A stretch of DNA of 32,000 nt from Aliivibrio fischeri ES114 (GCF_000011805.1 NC_006840.2); one strand, 5' to 3'; shown: positions 10,889 through 24,853, counted from the stretch's first letter. Numbers and translations: made by a program. The notes: generated by a model not told the origin, from the letters alone.

Positions 10889-11455
10889 ATGAAGGAAAAA
10901 CGTCAGCTTATTTTAGAATCGGCCGAAAAACTGTTAGCAACTGATGGCTTTCATGGCTTATCAATGCAAAAAGTTGCCAATCAAGCAGGCGTCGCAGCAG
11001 GTACTATCTATCGCTACTTTGATGACAAAGAAGCATTGATTGAAGAAATCAAGCTGAACATTATGCAACGTGTAGCAACTGCCATTCAAAAAGACATAGA
11101 TGATAACGACCCTATAAAGGTTCGTTTTAGATCTATGTGGCTAAATATTTGGCACTTTGCTATTTCAGAAAAAAATACTTTTTTAAATCGAAATCAATAT
11201 GAAGCACTCCCGTCTTCGAATTTAATTAAGTTAAAGGAACTAGAGAAAAAAATATTTGCCCAAGTGAATCAACTCTTTATTGATGGACTTGAACAAGGCG
11301 TATTTAAACCTCTCAGTGTAGAAATCCTTGTAGGATTAAGCTTAGAAGCAAGTGTTTGCTTAGCAAGAAAACATTCTCAAGGCTTTTTTACATTAACAGA
11401 TGATGATCTCAACTCGGCGATTGAAGCCAGTTGGGACGCAATTATTAAACACTAA
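10889..11455 (+). CDS. TetR/AcrR-family transcriptional regulator
   Basis: MKEKRQLILESAEKLLATDGFHGLSMQKVANQAGVAAGTIYRYFDDKEALIEEI is a TetR HTH. AAGGA RBS precedes ATG 10889; the track start at 10856 would lie inside the palindrome. Confidence 0.94.
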   Translation: MKEKRQLILESAEKLLATDGFHGLSMQKVANQAGVAAGTIYRYFDDKEALIEEIKLNIMQRVATAIQKDIDDNDPIKVRFRSMWLNIWHFAISEKNTFLNRNQYEALPSSNLIKLKELEKKIFAQVNQLFIDGLEQGVFKPLSVEILVGLSLEASVCLARKHSQGFFTLTDDDLNSAIEASWDAIIKH

Positions 11456-11473
11456 TTTGGAGTTCTAATCAGA

Positions 11474-12580
11474 ATGAAAAAGTGGACTTTCTTTATGTTG
11501 CTTCTTGCACTACTTCTTTTTGGTAGCGTAATTGGTTTCAACATGTTCAAACAACAAAAAATAGCTGAATACATGGCTAACCGCCCTGAAGCTGAATTTC
11601 CAGTCACTGTAGAAACCGTTGAACCTACGCTTTGGACTCCAACCATTGAAGCGATCGGTTTTATTGAACCTAATCAAGGTGTGACGCTAACTACTGAAGT
11701 TAACGGCATTATTGATAAAATTTCATTTGATTCAGGTAGCCAAGTTAAAAAAGGCCAAGTATTAGTTTCTCTTGATTCAAAAGTAGAAAAAGCAAACTTG
11801 AAGAGTACTCAAGCTCGCTTACCTGCAGCAGAAGCAAAATATAAACGTTATAAAGGTCTATACAAAAAAGGCTCTATTTCAAAAGAGGCTTACGATGAAG
11901 CTGAAGCTAATTATTTATCGTTAGCGGCTGATATCGAAAGTATGAAAGCATCAATTGATCGCCGTGAAATCAAAGCTCCATTCTCAGGTGTTATTGGTAT
12001 TCGTAATGTTTACCTAGGTCAATACTTACAACCAAGTACTGATATTGTTCGCTTAGAAGATACAAGCGTTATGCGTTTACGCTTTACTGTTCCTCAAACG
12101 GATATTTCAAAAATCAACATTGGTCAAGAGATTGATATCTCAGTTGATTCATACCCAGAGGATACTTTCCGCGGCTCTATCAGTGCGATTGAACCTGCTG
12201 TAAATATTCAAAGTGGTTTAATTGAGGTTCAAGCAGATATCCCTAATAACGGCGGTAAATTACGCAGTGGTATGTTTGCTCAAGCAAAAATCATTCTTCC
12301 GACTTTAGAAAACCAAGTTGTGATTCCTCAAACAGCAATTACCTTCACTCTATATGGTGACAATGTTTATATCGTGTCTGAAAAAGATGGCGTAAAACGA
12401 GTTCAACAACATGTAGTGAAAGTTGGTGAGCGTTCTAAAGATATTGCACATATTTTAGAGGGCGTTAAAGCTGGAGATATGGTTGTAACAACTGGTCAAG
12501 TTCGTCTAAGTAACGACGCTAAAGTTCGTATTGTGGAAAGTAATGCCACAACACCACCTGCTGAAACACCAATGCTGTAA
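11474..12580 (+). CDS. RND efflux membrane-fusion (periplasmic adaptor) protein
   Basis: 368 aa; GFIEPNQGVTLTTEVNGIIDKISFDSGSQVKKGQVLVSLD, IKAPFSGVIGIRNVYLGQYLQPSTDIVRLEDTS. Confidence 0.94.
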   Translation: MKKWTFFMLLLALLLFGSVIGFNMFKQQKIAEYMANRPEAEFPVTVETVEPTLWTPTIEAIGFIEPNQGVTLTTEVNGIIDKISFDSGSQVKKGQVLVSLDSKVEKANLKSTQARLPAAEAKYKRYKGLYKKGSISKEAYDEAEANYLSLAADIESMKASIDRREIKAPFSGVIGIRNVYLGQYLQPSTDIVRLEDTSVMRLRFTVPQTDISKINIGQEIDISVDSYPEDTFRGSISAIEPAVNIQSGLIEVQADIPNNGGKLRSGMFAQAKIILPTLENQVVIPQTAITFTLYGDNVYIVSEKDGVKRVQQHVVKVGERSKDIAHILEGVKAGDMVVTTGQVRLSNDAKVRIVESNATTPPAETPML

Positions 12581-12591
12581 TCGGAGGCATT

Positions 12592-15500
12592 ATGCGCTTT
12601 ACTGATGTTTTTATTAAACGTCCAGTTTTAGCGGTATCGATCAGCTTTTTGATTGCTTTGCTTGGTATCCAAGCGATTTTCAAAATGCAGGTTCGCGAAT
12701 ACCCTGAAATGACAAATACCGTTGTAACGGTAACAACAAGCTACTATGGTGCGAGTGCTGACTTGATTCAAGGCTTCATCACTCAACCCTTAGAGCAAGC
12801 GGTCGCACAAGCCGATAATATTGATTTCATGACCTCTCAATCAGTAATGGGTCAATCGACTATTACTGTAACTATGAAATTAAATACGGATCCTAACGCC
12901 GCACTTTCTGACATATTGGCAAAAACCAACTCTGTTCGCTCTCAGCTACCTAAAGAAGCTGAAGATCCAACCGTAACGATGTCGACAGGCTCTACTACGG
13001 CGGTTCTTTATATTGGTTTTACTAGTGATGAGCTAGTATCAAGCCAGATCACCGATTATCTTGAACGAGTGGTTAATCCACAATTGTTCACCGTTAATGG
13101 TGTATCAAAAGTTGACCTTTATGGTGGTATGAAATACGCACTACGTATCTGGTTAGATCCTGCACGTATGGCGGCTATCAATATGACTGCTACTGATGTT
13201 ATGGGCGTACTTAATGCCAATAACTTCCAATCAGCAGCTGGTCAAGCTACAGGTGAATTTGTTCTTTATAATGGTAGCGCTAATACACAGGTTTCTGATG
13301 TTGAAGAACTAGAAAACCTTGTTGTTAGAACCAATGATGGCGAAGTGGTTCGTTTAAGTGATATCGCAAAGGTATCATTAGATAAGAGTCATGACGTATA
13401 TCGTGCAAGTGCTAACGGACAAGAAGCGGTTGTTGCTGCAATTAATGCTGCACCAAGTGCGAACCCAATTAACATCGCTGCCGATGTACTTGAGTTGCTT
13501 CCTCAATTAGAGAAGAACTTACCAAGTAACATCAAAATGAACGTGATGTACGATTCAACGATTGCTATCAATGAATCGATTCATGAGGTTATCAAGACAA
13601 TTCTTGAAGCAGCTTTAATCGTACTGGTTGTTATCACTCTGTTCTTAGGTTCATTCCGAGCGGTTATTATTCCTATTGTAACCATTCCACTATCACTTAT
13701 TGGTGTGGCAATGGTAATGCAAGCGATGGGATTCTCTTGGAACTTAATGACCCTACTTGCAATGGTACTCGCCATCGGTCTGGTTGTTGATGATGCTATC
13801 GTTGTTTTAGAAAACGTTGACCGTCATATCAAGTTGGGAGAAACGCCTTTCCGAGCAGCTATTATTGGTACTCGTGAAATCGCTGTTCCAGTTATTGCAA
13901 TGACATTAACGCTAGGTGCGGTATATGCTCCAATTGCGATGATGGGCGGTATTACAGGCTCTCTATTTAAAGAGTTTGCATTAACACTAGCAGGTTCGGT
14001 ATTCGTATCTGGTATCGTCGCACTAACACTATCTCCAATGATGTGTTCAAAAATGCTAGTTGCAAATGAAGAACCTAATCGTTTCGAGAAAAAAGTTCAT
14101 CATATTTTAGATAATATGAGTGAACGTTATGAACGTATGCTTAATGTGATCATGACTCGTCGTCCTGTCATTATTGCTTTTGCTGTTATTGTTTTTGCAA
14201 GTCTACCGCTGTTATTCAAGTTCATCCCTAGTGAGCTTGCTCCATCGGAAGATAAAGGGGTTATTATGTTGATGGGTACAGCACCATCAAACGCTAACCT
14301 TGATTACATGCAAAATACAATGAATGATGTTAATACCATTCTTTCAAATCAACCTGAAGTGTCATTTGCACAGGTATTTACCGGTGTACCAAATGCAAAC
14401 CAAGCTTTTGGTATTGCCTCAATGGTTCCTTGGAGCCAGCGTGAAGCAAGCCAAGCAGAGGTGACAAAAAGAGTTGGTACTCTAGTACAAGACGTTCCAG
14501 GTATGGCGGTTACAGCCTTCCAAATGCCAGAACTTCCTGGTGCTGGTTCTGGTCTACCAATTCAATTTGTTATTACAACACCTAACAGCTTTGAAAGCTT
14601 ATTCCAAATAGCTACCGAAGTATTAACTGGTGTTAAAGGTAGTCCACTATTTGTTTATTCAGATCTAGATTTGAACTTCGATTCTGCAACAATGAAGATC
14701 AACATTGATAAGAATAAAGCAGGTGCTTACGGTGTTACGATGCAGGATATCGGTATCACACTAAGTACAATGATGGCTGATGGCTATGTAAACCGAATTG
14801 ACTTAAATGGTCGCTCGTACGAAGTAATCCCTCAAGTTGAACGTAAATACCGTTTAAACCCTGAGTCAATGAACAATTACTATGTACGTTCGGCGAGTGG
14901 TGAAGCGGTTCCTCTTGGTAGCTTAATTTCGATTGATGTAATTGCAGAGCCACGTTCATTACCGCACTTTAACCAATTAAACTCAGCAACTGTTGGCGCA
15001 GTTCCAACGCCTGGTGTTGCAATGGGTGACGCAATTAATTGGTTTGAAGATGTTGCAAATAATAAGCTTCCAAGTGGTTACAATCACGACTACATGGGTG
15101 AGGCTCGTCAATATGTAACGGAAGGCAGTGCATTATATGCTACTTTCGGTTTGGCTCTAGCTATCATCTTCTTGGTTCTTGCGATTCAATTTGAATCAAT
15201 CCGAGACCCATTAGTAATCATGGTATCTGTTCCATTGGCTATTTGTGGTGCGTTAATTGCCCTTGCTTGGGGAGCTGCATCAATGAACATCTACTCACAA
15301 GTAGGTCTTATTACCTTAGTTGGTTTGATTACTAAACACGGTATCCTTATCTGTGAAGTAGCAAAAGAAGAACAACTGCACCATCAAAAAAGTAAGATGG
15401 CTGCGGTAACAGAAGCCGCTAAAGTTCGTCTACGTCCAATCTTAATGACAACAGCAGCAATGATCGCAGGTCTAATCCCGCTATTATATGCAACTGGTGC

Positions 15501-15663
15501 TGGTGCTGCTCAGCGCTTCAGTATTGGTATTGTAATTGTTGCAGGTCTAGCGATTGGTACATTGTTTACGCTATTTGTACTTCCTGTTATATACAGTTAC
15601 TTAGCAAGTGAACATAAGCCGTTACCTGTCTTCGAAGAAGGCAAAGAGATTAAAGAATCTTAA
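12592..15663 (+). CDS. RND multidrug efflux permease (HAE1/AcrB-like)
   Basis: 1023 aa; MRFTDVFIKRPVLAVSISFLIALLGIQA, GLVVDDAIVVLENVDRH, two-fold repeat; follows the adaptor gene by 11 bp. Confidence 0.96.
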   Translation: MRFTDVFIKRPVLAVSISFLIALLGIQAIFKMQVREYPEMTNTVVTVTTSYYGASADLIQGFITQPLEQAVAQADNIDFMTSQSVMGQSTITVTMKLNTDPNAALSDILAKTNSVRSQLPKEAEDPTVTMSTGSTTAVLYIGFTSDELVSSQITDYLERVVNPQLFTVNGVSKVDLYGGMKYALRIWLDPARMAAINMTATDVMGVLNANNFQSAAGQATGEFVLYNGSANTQVSDVEELENLVVRTNDGEVVRLSDIAKVSLDKSHDVYRASANGQEAVVAAINAAPSANPINIAADVLELLPQLEKNLPSNIKMNVMYDSTIAINESIHEVIKTILEAALIVLVVITLFLGSFRAVIIPIVTIPLSLIGVAMVMQAMGFSWNLMTLLAMVLAIGLVVDDAIVVLENVDRHIKLGETPFRAAIIGTREIAVPVIAMTLTLGAVYAPIAMMGGITGSLFKEFALTLAGSVFVSGIVALTLSPMMCSKMLVANEEPNRFEKKVHHILDNMSERYERMLNVIMTRRPVIIAFAVIVFASLPLLFKFIPSELAPSEDKGVIMLMGTAPSNANLDYMQNTMNDVNTILSNQPEVSFAQVFTGVPNANQAFGIASMVPWSQREASQAEVTKRVGTLVQDVPGMAVTAFQMPELPGAGSGLPIQFVITTPNSFESLFQIATEVLTGVKGSPLFVYSDLDLNFDSATMKINIDKNKAGAYGVTMQDIGITLSTMMADGYVNRIDLNGRSYEVIPQVERKYRLNPESMNNYYVRSASGEAVPLGSLISIDVIAEPRSLPHFNQLNSATVGAVPTPGVAMGDAINWFEDVANNKLPSGYNHDYMGEARQYVTEGSALYATFGLALAIIFLVLAIQFESIRDPLVIMVSVPLAICGALIALAWGAASMNIYSQVGLITLVGLITKHGILICEVAKEEQLHHQKSKMAAVTEAAKVRLRPILMTTAAMIAGLIPLLYATGAGAAQRFSIGIVIVAGLAIGTLFTLFVLPVIYSYLASEHKPLPVFEEGKEIKES

Positions 15664-15678
15664 TGGTGAAATAAAATT

Positions 15679-15708
15679 AAAGGCTACTTCGGTAGCCTTT
15701 TTTTTATT
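15679..15708 (+). terminator. intrinsic terminator of the RND operon
   Basis: AAAGGCTACTTCGGTAGCCTTTTTTTTATT. Confidence 0.9.
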
Positions 15709-15773
15709 TGGATAGCGACAATTGGAAAGGCTTTACTTAGAATAAAGAAAAAGTATTCAATTAAGGGTAAATA

Positions 15774-16025
15774 ATGTTTGATCCAAAAAAGTTAGAGCAA
15801 GTAGCAAAACAAATTCATGAATCAATGCCGCAGCCAGTAAAAGAACTTGGTAGTGATGTTGAACAAAAAGTTCGTCAAGCTATTCAAGGACAGTTAAATA
15901 AACTTGATGTTGTTAGCAGAGAAGAGTTTGATGTCCAAACACAAGTTCTTTTACGTACTCGCCAAAAGCTAACAGCGATGGAACAAAAACTTGCTGAATT
16001 AGAAGAGAAACTTTCGGAAAAATAA
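15774..16025 (+). CDS. ubiK: ubiquinone biosynthesis accessory factor UbiK (YqiC/BMFP family)
   Basis: [66 protein letters not shown]...LEEKL; length and sequence family-typical. Confidence 0.9.
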   Translation: MFDPKKLEQVAKQIHESMPQPVKELGSDVEQKVRQAIQGQLNKLDVVSREEFDVQTQVLLRTRQKLTAMEQKLAELEEKLSEK

Positions 16026-16108
16026 AACAATAAATAACCAACAATACAATCTGAAGTATCCAGTTTTGAGCTGATTATTGTATGTTATTAATTTATCCAG
16101 ATTACAAT

Positions 16109-16142
16109 AAAAAAGGCTTGGTCATAAACCAAGCCTTTTTAT
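16109..16142. terminator. bidirectional intrinsic terminator between convergent ubiK and ilvC
   Basis: AAAAAAGGCTTGGTCATAAACCAAGCCTTTTTATTT. Confidence 0.85.
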
Positions 16143-16158
16143 TTAATTTGTAATTAAA

Positions 16159-17643
16159 TTAGCCACCAACTGCAATTCGCTTCATATCGCTCATGTAGCT
16201 ACGTAATTCTTCACCAATATATTCAACTGGATGATTACGAATCGCATCATTAACAGCGATTAGCGTTGCATTATCCACTTGATTTGATGCCTCACCTAAT
16301 CCTCGGCCAATAACATCTGTTTCAACAGAAGGCATGAATTTCTCACGAAGAAGTGGCGTTGCTACATTTGCAAATAGGTAGTTACCATATTCAGCAGTAT
16401 CAGAAATAACTACGTTCATTTCGTACAAACGCTTACGTGCTACAGTGTTAGCAATCAGTGGTAATTCGTGCAGCGACTCATAGTAAGCTGATTCATCGAT
16501 AATGCCTGATGCAGTCATAGCTTCAAAAGCTAATTCAACGCCGGCACGAACCATTGCAACGAGTAAAATACCGTTATCAAAGTATTCTTGTTCAGAGATC
16601 TCTACATCAGACTCAGGGTAGTTTTCAAACGCAGTTTGACCTGTTTCTTCACGCCAGCCAAATAGATTAACATCATCATTAGCCCAATCAGCCATCATTG
16701 TGCGAGAAAACTCACCAGAAATAATATCGTCCATATGCTTATTATAAAGTGGACGCATTAGCTCTTTAAGTTCTTCTGAAAGCTCAAAAGCTTTTACTTT
16801 AGCTGGGTTTGAAAGGCGATCCATCATATGCGTAACACCGCCAAACTTTAGGGCTTCAGTAATTGTTTCCCAACCGTACTGTAGAAGTTTACCTGCATAA
16901 CCAGGCTCAATACCGTCAGCAATCATCTTCTCGTAAGATACAATAGAACCAGCTTGTAGCATGCCACAAAGAATCGTTTGCTCACCCATAAGGTCAGATT
17001 TAACTTCAGCGACAAAAGAAGACTCTAGACAACCCGCACGGTGACCACCTGTACCAGCAGCCCAAGCCTTAGCAATATCCCAACCTTCACCTTTAGGATC
17101 ATTTTCTGGGTGAACAGCAATTAGAGTTGGAACCCCAAAACCACGTTTATATTCTTCACGAACTTCTGTTCCTGGACACTTAGGAGCAACCATAACAACC
17201 GTCAAATCTTTACGGATTTGCATCCCTTCTTCAACAACATTAAAACCATGTGAATAGCCTAAAGCTGCCCCCTCTTTCATTAGAGGCATAACAGTTTCAA
17301 CTACATTAGTATGTTGTTTATCAGGAGTAAGATTAATAACTAGGTCAGCTTGAGGGATCAGAGTTTCATAGCTAGCTACTTCAAAACCATTTTCTTTTGC
17401 ATTTTTATAAGATTGTCGTTGCTCATCAATAGCGGCTTGACGCAGTGCATAAGCAACATCTAAGCCTGAATCACGCATATTAAGGCCTTGGTTTAAGCCT
17501 TGAGCACCACAACCAACAATAACCACTTTTTTACCTTTAAGGTAATCAGCTTCTGTTGCAAATTCTTCACGATCCATAAAGCGACAACGACCTAGTTGAT
17601 CTAATTGTTCACGTAAATTTAGCGTATTAAAGTAGTTAGACAT
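16159..17643 (-). CDS. ilvC: ketol-acid reductoisomerase (long/class II type)
   Basis: [28 protein letters not shown]...[31 protein letters not shown]; start at 17643 (not 17763 as in the track). Confidence 0.97.
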   Translation of the reverse strand: MSNYFNTLNLREQLDQLGRCRFMDREEFATEADYLKGKKVVIVGCGAQGLNQGLNMRDSGLDVAYALRQAAIDEQRQSYKNAKENGFEVASYETLIPQADLVINLTPDKQHTNVVETVMPLMKEGAALGYSHGFNVVEEGMQIRKDLTVVMVAPKCPGTEVREEYKRGFGVPTLIAVHPENDPKGEGWDIAKAWAAGTGGHRAGCLESSFVAEVKSDLMGEQTILCGMLQAGSIVSYEKMIADGIEPGYAGKLLQYGWETITEALKFGGVTHMMDRLSNPAKVKAFELSEELKELMRPLYNKHMDDIISGEFSRTMMADWANDDVNLFGWREETGQTAFENYPESDVEISEQEYFDNGILLVAMVRAGVELAFEAMTASGIIDESAYYESLHELPLIANTVARKRLYEMNVVISDTAEYGNYLFANVATPLLREKFMPSVETDVIGRGLGEASNQVDNATLIAVNDAIRNHPVEYIGEELRSYMSDMKRIAVGG

Positions 17644-17769
17644 GATAAAACTCCGTAAATATCGTTTAATCCATTGGGATGATTCTGTGTATGAATTTGA
17701 TAATAACGAAAGATTAACATTGTAAAAAGTGATATATTGGCAACACATGATTGCAATAAACACAACATT
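17644..17769. promoter_or_regulatory. divergent ilvC/ilvY control region with imperfect inverted repeat ATTGGCAA-cacatga-TTGCAAT
   Basis: LysR-type regulator divergent from its usual target, with a dyad containing a TTGCAA-like core. Confidence 0.55.
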
Positions 17770-18654
17770 ATGAATATAAAATTACTACAAACGTTTTTGC
17801 ATTTATGCGAAAGCCATAGTTTCACACATACGTCTAAGGCTATGCATTTAAGTCCATCAGCTTTAAGCCGACAAATACAAAAATTAGAAGACGACATCGG
17901 TCATCCACTGTTTATTAGAGATAACCGAAGCGTCGAACTAACCAGTGCAGCAAAGCAACTAATACCTATTGCACTGAATATATGCTCCGAATGGAGTGGG
18001 TATAAAGCCAGTTCGAACGTTGTAAATAATGCCTTAAAAGGGCAATTAAAATTATTTTGCTCCGTCACTGCAAGCTACAGCCACCTTCCTCAATTATTAA
18101 ATGACTTTAAAGTTAATTACCCACATATAGATATTAAACTATCTACGGGCGATCCTGCTCAAGCGATAGAAAAGATCGAATCTTCTGAAGTAGATATCGC
18201 TATTTCAGCAGTACCAGAAAAACCTTCAAATAAACTAGCTTTTGAAATTATTAGTGAGATTCCACTTTCAATTATTGCTCCCTTAGGTAACAACCAATTT
18301 ATTAGTGAAATAAACAAAGAGAATAGTAATTGGGAGTTACTCCCTTTTATACTGCCCGAATCAGGTACCGCTAGAAATCGAGCTAATCAATGGTTTAAAG
18401 AACAAGGAATAAAACCAACTATCTATGCTCAAGTTTCAGGTCATGAAGCAATTGTGAGCATGGTTGCATTAGGATGTGGGATAGGAATAGCACCAGATGT
18501 TGTGATAAACAACAGCCCAGTGAAAGATAAAGTACAACGGTTAAATACATTACCAATTGCGCCATTTAAACTAGGTTTATGCTGTAAAAAATCAAAGTTA
18601 AATGATTCTGTTATTCAGGCGCTTTGGCAAGTTGCTGAAAATACTTTTATTTAG
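17770..18654 (+). CDS. ilvY: LysR-family regulator IlvY
   Basis: [58 protein letters not shown]; divergent from ilvC; ATG at 17770 preferred over the track start. Confidence 0.93.
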   Translation: MNIKLLQTFLHLCESHSFTHTSKAMHLSPSALSRQIQKLEDDIGHPLFIRDNRSVELTSAAKQLIPIALNICSEWSGYKASSNVVNNALKGQLKLFCSVTASYSHLPQLLNDFKVNYPHIDIKLSTGDPAQAIEKIESSEVDIAISAVPEKPSNKLAFEIISEIPLSIIAPLGNNQFISEINKENSNWELLPFILPESGTARNRANQWFKEQGIKPTIYAQVSGHEAIVSMVALGCGIGIAPDVVINNSPVKDKVQRLNTLPIAPFKLGLCCKKSKLNDSVIQALWQVAENTFI

Positions 18655-18664
18655 TTCTGAAACG

Positions 18665-18694
18665 AAAAAAGGCTTCCCTATGGGAAGCCTTTTA
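18665..18694. terminator. bidirectional intrinsic terminator (ilvY end / rRNA operon tail end)
   Basis: AAAAAAGGCTTCCCTATGGGAAGCCTTTT. Confidence 0.85.
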
Positions 18695-18700
18695 AATTTG

Positions 18701-18819
18701 AGCCTAGCGATGTCCTACTCTCACATGGGGAAACCCCACACTACCATCGGCGCTATTACGTTTCACTTCTGAGTTCGGCATGGGATCAGGTGGGTCCATA
18801 ACGCTATGGTCGCTAAGCA
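18701..18819 (-). rRNA. rrf: 5S rRNA (extra, distal copy)
   Basis: TGCTTAGCGACCATAGCG...GATGGTAGTGTGGGGTTTCCCCATGTGAGAGTAGGACATCGCTAGGCT. Confidence 0.95.
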
Positions 18820-18834
18820 AAATCTGTCAGTAAA

Positions 18835-18911
18835 TGGTGCTGATACCCAGACTTGAACTGGGGACCTCACCCTTACCAAGGGTGCGCTCTACCGGGCTGA
18901 GCTATATCAGC
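18835..18911 (-). tRNA. tRNA-Thr(GGT), CCA encoded
   Basis: GCTGATATAGCTCAGCCCGGTAGAGCGCACCCTTGGTAAGGGTGAGGTCCCCAGTTCAAGTCTGGGTATCAGCACCA. Confidence 0.96.
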
Positions 18912-18933
18912 AATATTTTTACTTAATTTAATC

Positions 18934-18966
18934 AAAAAAAGCCATCCGATAGGATGGCTTCTTTTT
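18934..18966 (-). terminator. intrinsic-terminator-like hairpin between 5S and the tRNA-Thr/5S tail
   Basis: Minus strand AGCCATCC-TATC-GGATGGCTTTTTTT. Confidence 0.8.
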
Positions 18967-18973
18967 AAATTCA

Positions 18974-19092
18974 AGCCTGGCGATGTCCTACTCTCACATG
19001 GGGAAACCCCACACTACCATCGGCGCTATTACGTTTCACTTCTGAGTTCGGCATGGGATCAGGTGGGTCCATAACGCTATGGTCGCCAAGCA
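18974..19092 (-). rRNA. rrf: 5S rRNA, rRNA operon 1
   Basis: TGCTTGGCGACCATAGCG...GTAGGACATCGCCAGGCTT. Confidence 0.96.
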
Positions 19093-19181
19093 AATTCTTT
19101 AATTCGGAAAGCTTAATTCTTAATGCACATTCAATTCGTTTCTTGCAACTTCAAATCCGTTCAAAACCCCTTGGGTGTTGT

Positions 19182-22072
<2,891 letters not shown>

Positions 22073-22273
22073 ATACAACCCCAAGAGGTTTCGTATGGCA
22101 TAAACAACCAAGGTTGAACTCGTCATTGCGAGTTCTGGTTTTTCGCCGGATTCAAAATACAAGAACACTTGAATGTGTTGTTCTTCGTTTTACAAAGTAA
22201 AACAAAGGATATTAAGAACTTTTAAATTTTGATTTAGATAACTCGTAAGTTATTTAAATCAGTCAGCTTTCCA

Positions 22274-22289
22274 AATTGTTAAAGAGCAA
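22274..22289 (-). promoter_or_regulatory. boxA-like antitermination element upstream of 23S, operon 1
   Basis: Minus strand TTGCTCTTTAACAATTT, matching the known rrn boxA TGCTCTTTAACA. Confidence 0.8.
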
Positions 22290-22339
22290 TGTTTCTTTCG
22301 AAACCATTTTTAAAAACTCTCAAGGAGAATACTTAAAGA

Positions 22340-22415
22340 TGGTGGGCGATACCGGGCTCGAACCAGTGACCCCCTCCTTGTAAGGGAGGTGCTCTCCCAA
22401 CTGAGCTAATCGCCC
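22340..22415 (-). tRNA. tRNA-Val(TAC), spacer of operon 1
   Basis: GGGCGATTAGCTCAGTTGGGAGAGCACCTCCCTTACAAGGAGGGGGTCACTGGTTCGAGCCCGGTATCGCCCACCA. Confidence 0.97.
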
Positions 22416-22446
22416 ACGAAAGTTTTAATTCCTTCGTGAGAAAGAA

Positions 22447-22522
22447 TGGTGGGTCGTGCAGGATTCGAACCTGCGACCAATTGATTAAAAGTCAACTGCT
22501 CTACCAACTGAGCTAACGACCC
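22447..22522 (-). tRNA. tRNA-Lys(TTT), spacer of operon 1
   Basis: GGGTCGTTAGCTCAGTTGGTAGAGCAGTTGACTTTTAATCAATTGGTCGCAGGTTCGAATCCTGCACGACCCACCA. Confidence 0.97.
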
Positions 22523-22524
22523 AA

Positions 22525-22600
22525 TGGTATCCCGTAGGGGAGTCGAACCCCTGTTACCGCCGTGAAAGGGCGGTGTCCTAGGCCTCTAGACGAACGGGAC
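22525..22600 (-). tRNA. tRNA-Glu(TTC), spacer of operon 1
   Basis: GTCCCGTTCGTCTAGAGGCCTAGGACACCGCCCTTTCACGGCGGTAACAGGGGTTCGACTCCCCTACGGGATACCA. Confidence 0.97.
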
Positions 22601-22695
22601 ACTGGATATTTGAAGATGTTGGGCATCTTCATTGCTTCTTTACATTTTTAACCTAATCAATCTGTGTGAACACTCATAAATCGTAATCTATCGTT

Positions 22696-24248
<1,553 letters not shown>

Positions 24249-24430
24249 AAGTTTTTTTGGTTGCTCTGTCTTTTCTATAAAGAGAAGCAGAAACAAACCG
24301 ACTCAATGATTAATACTGATTGTTACATAAAAGTAATTTTGTGTAGTCACTCAGTTCATTGATTAGTTATTTGCTTTCGCAAATAGTGATTATCAATTCA
24401 CAAGTGCCCACACAGATTGATTTGGTTAAA

Positions 24431-24445
24431 TTGTTAAAGAGCTTG
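24431..24445 (-). promoter_or_regulatory. leader boxA-like element, operon 1
   Basis: Minus strand AAGCTCTTTAACAATT between promoter and 16S. Confidence 0.75.
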
Positions 24446-24490
24446 TCTTTCAACCACTTAGCGTTTCCGCTTCGTCGTTTCAGGCTGCGT

Positions 24491-24518
24491 ATAATACGCT
24501 GTCTGATTTGAAAGTCAA
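24491..24518 (-). promoter_or_regulatory. rrn P1-type promoter, operon 1
   Basis: TTGACT - 16 nt - TATTAT, AT-rich UP-like GAAAAAGTTGAAAATATTATC upstream, GC-rich ACGCAGCC discriminator. Confidence 0.85.
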
Positions 24519-24605
24519 GATAATATTTTCAACTTTTTCAATTATTTTTGAATCGTTAAAAACGTTATGTTGACTTGGCTCACAGTGACAGTCTGGGAGC
24601 GAAAT

Positions 24606-24631
24606 AAAAGCCCGTTCAACTGAACGGGCTC
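24606..24631 (-). terminator. intrinsic terminator after 5S of operon 2
   Basis: Minus strand AGCCCGTTCAGTTGAACGGGCTTTTATTT. Confidence 0.85.
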
Positions 24632-24644
24632 TCATTCAAATTCA

Positions 24645-24763
24645 AGCCTGGCGATGTCCTACTCTCACATGGGGAAACCCCACACTACCATCGGCGCTAT
24701 TACGTTTCACTTCTGAGTTCGGCATGGGATCAGGTGGGTCCATAACGCTATGGTCGCCAAGCA
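24645..24763 (-). rRNA. rrf: 5S rRNA, rRNA operon 2
   Basis: Same sequence as 18974-19092. Confidence 0.96.
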
Positions 24764-24853
24764 AATTCTTTAATTCGGAAAGCTTAATTCTTAATCCACA
24801 TTCAAATTCGTTTCTTGCAACTTTAAATCCGTTCAAAACCCCTTGGGTGTTGT

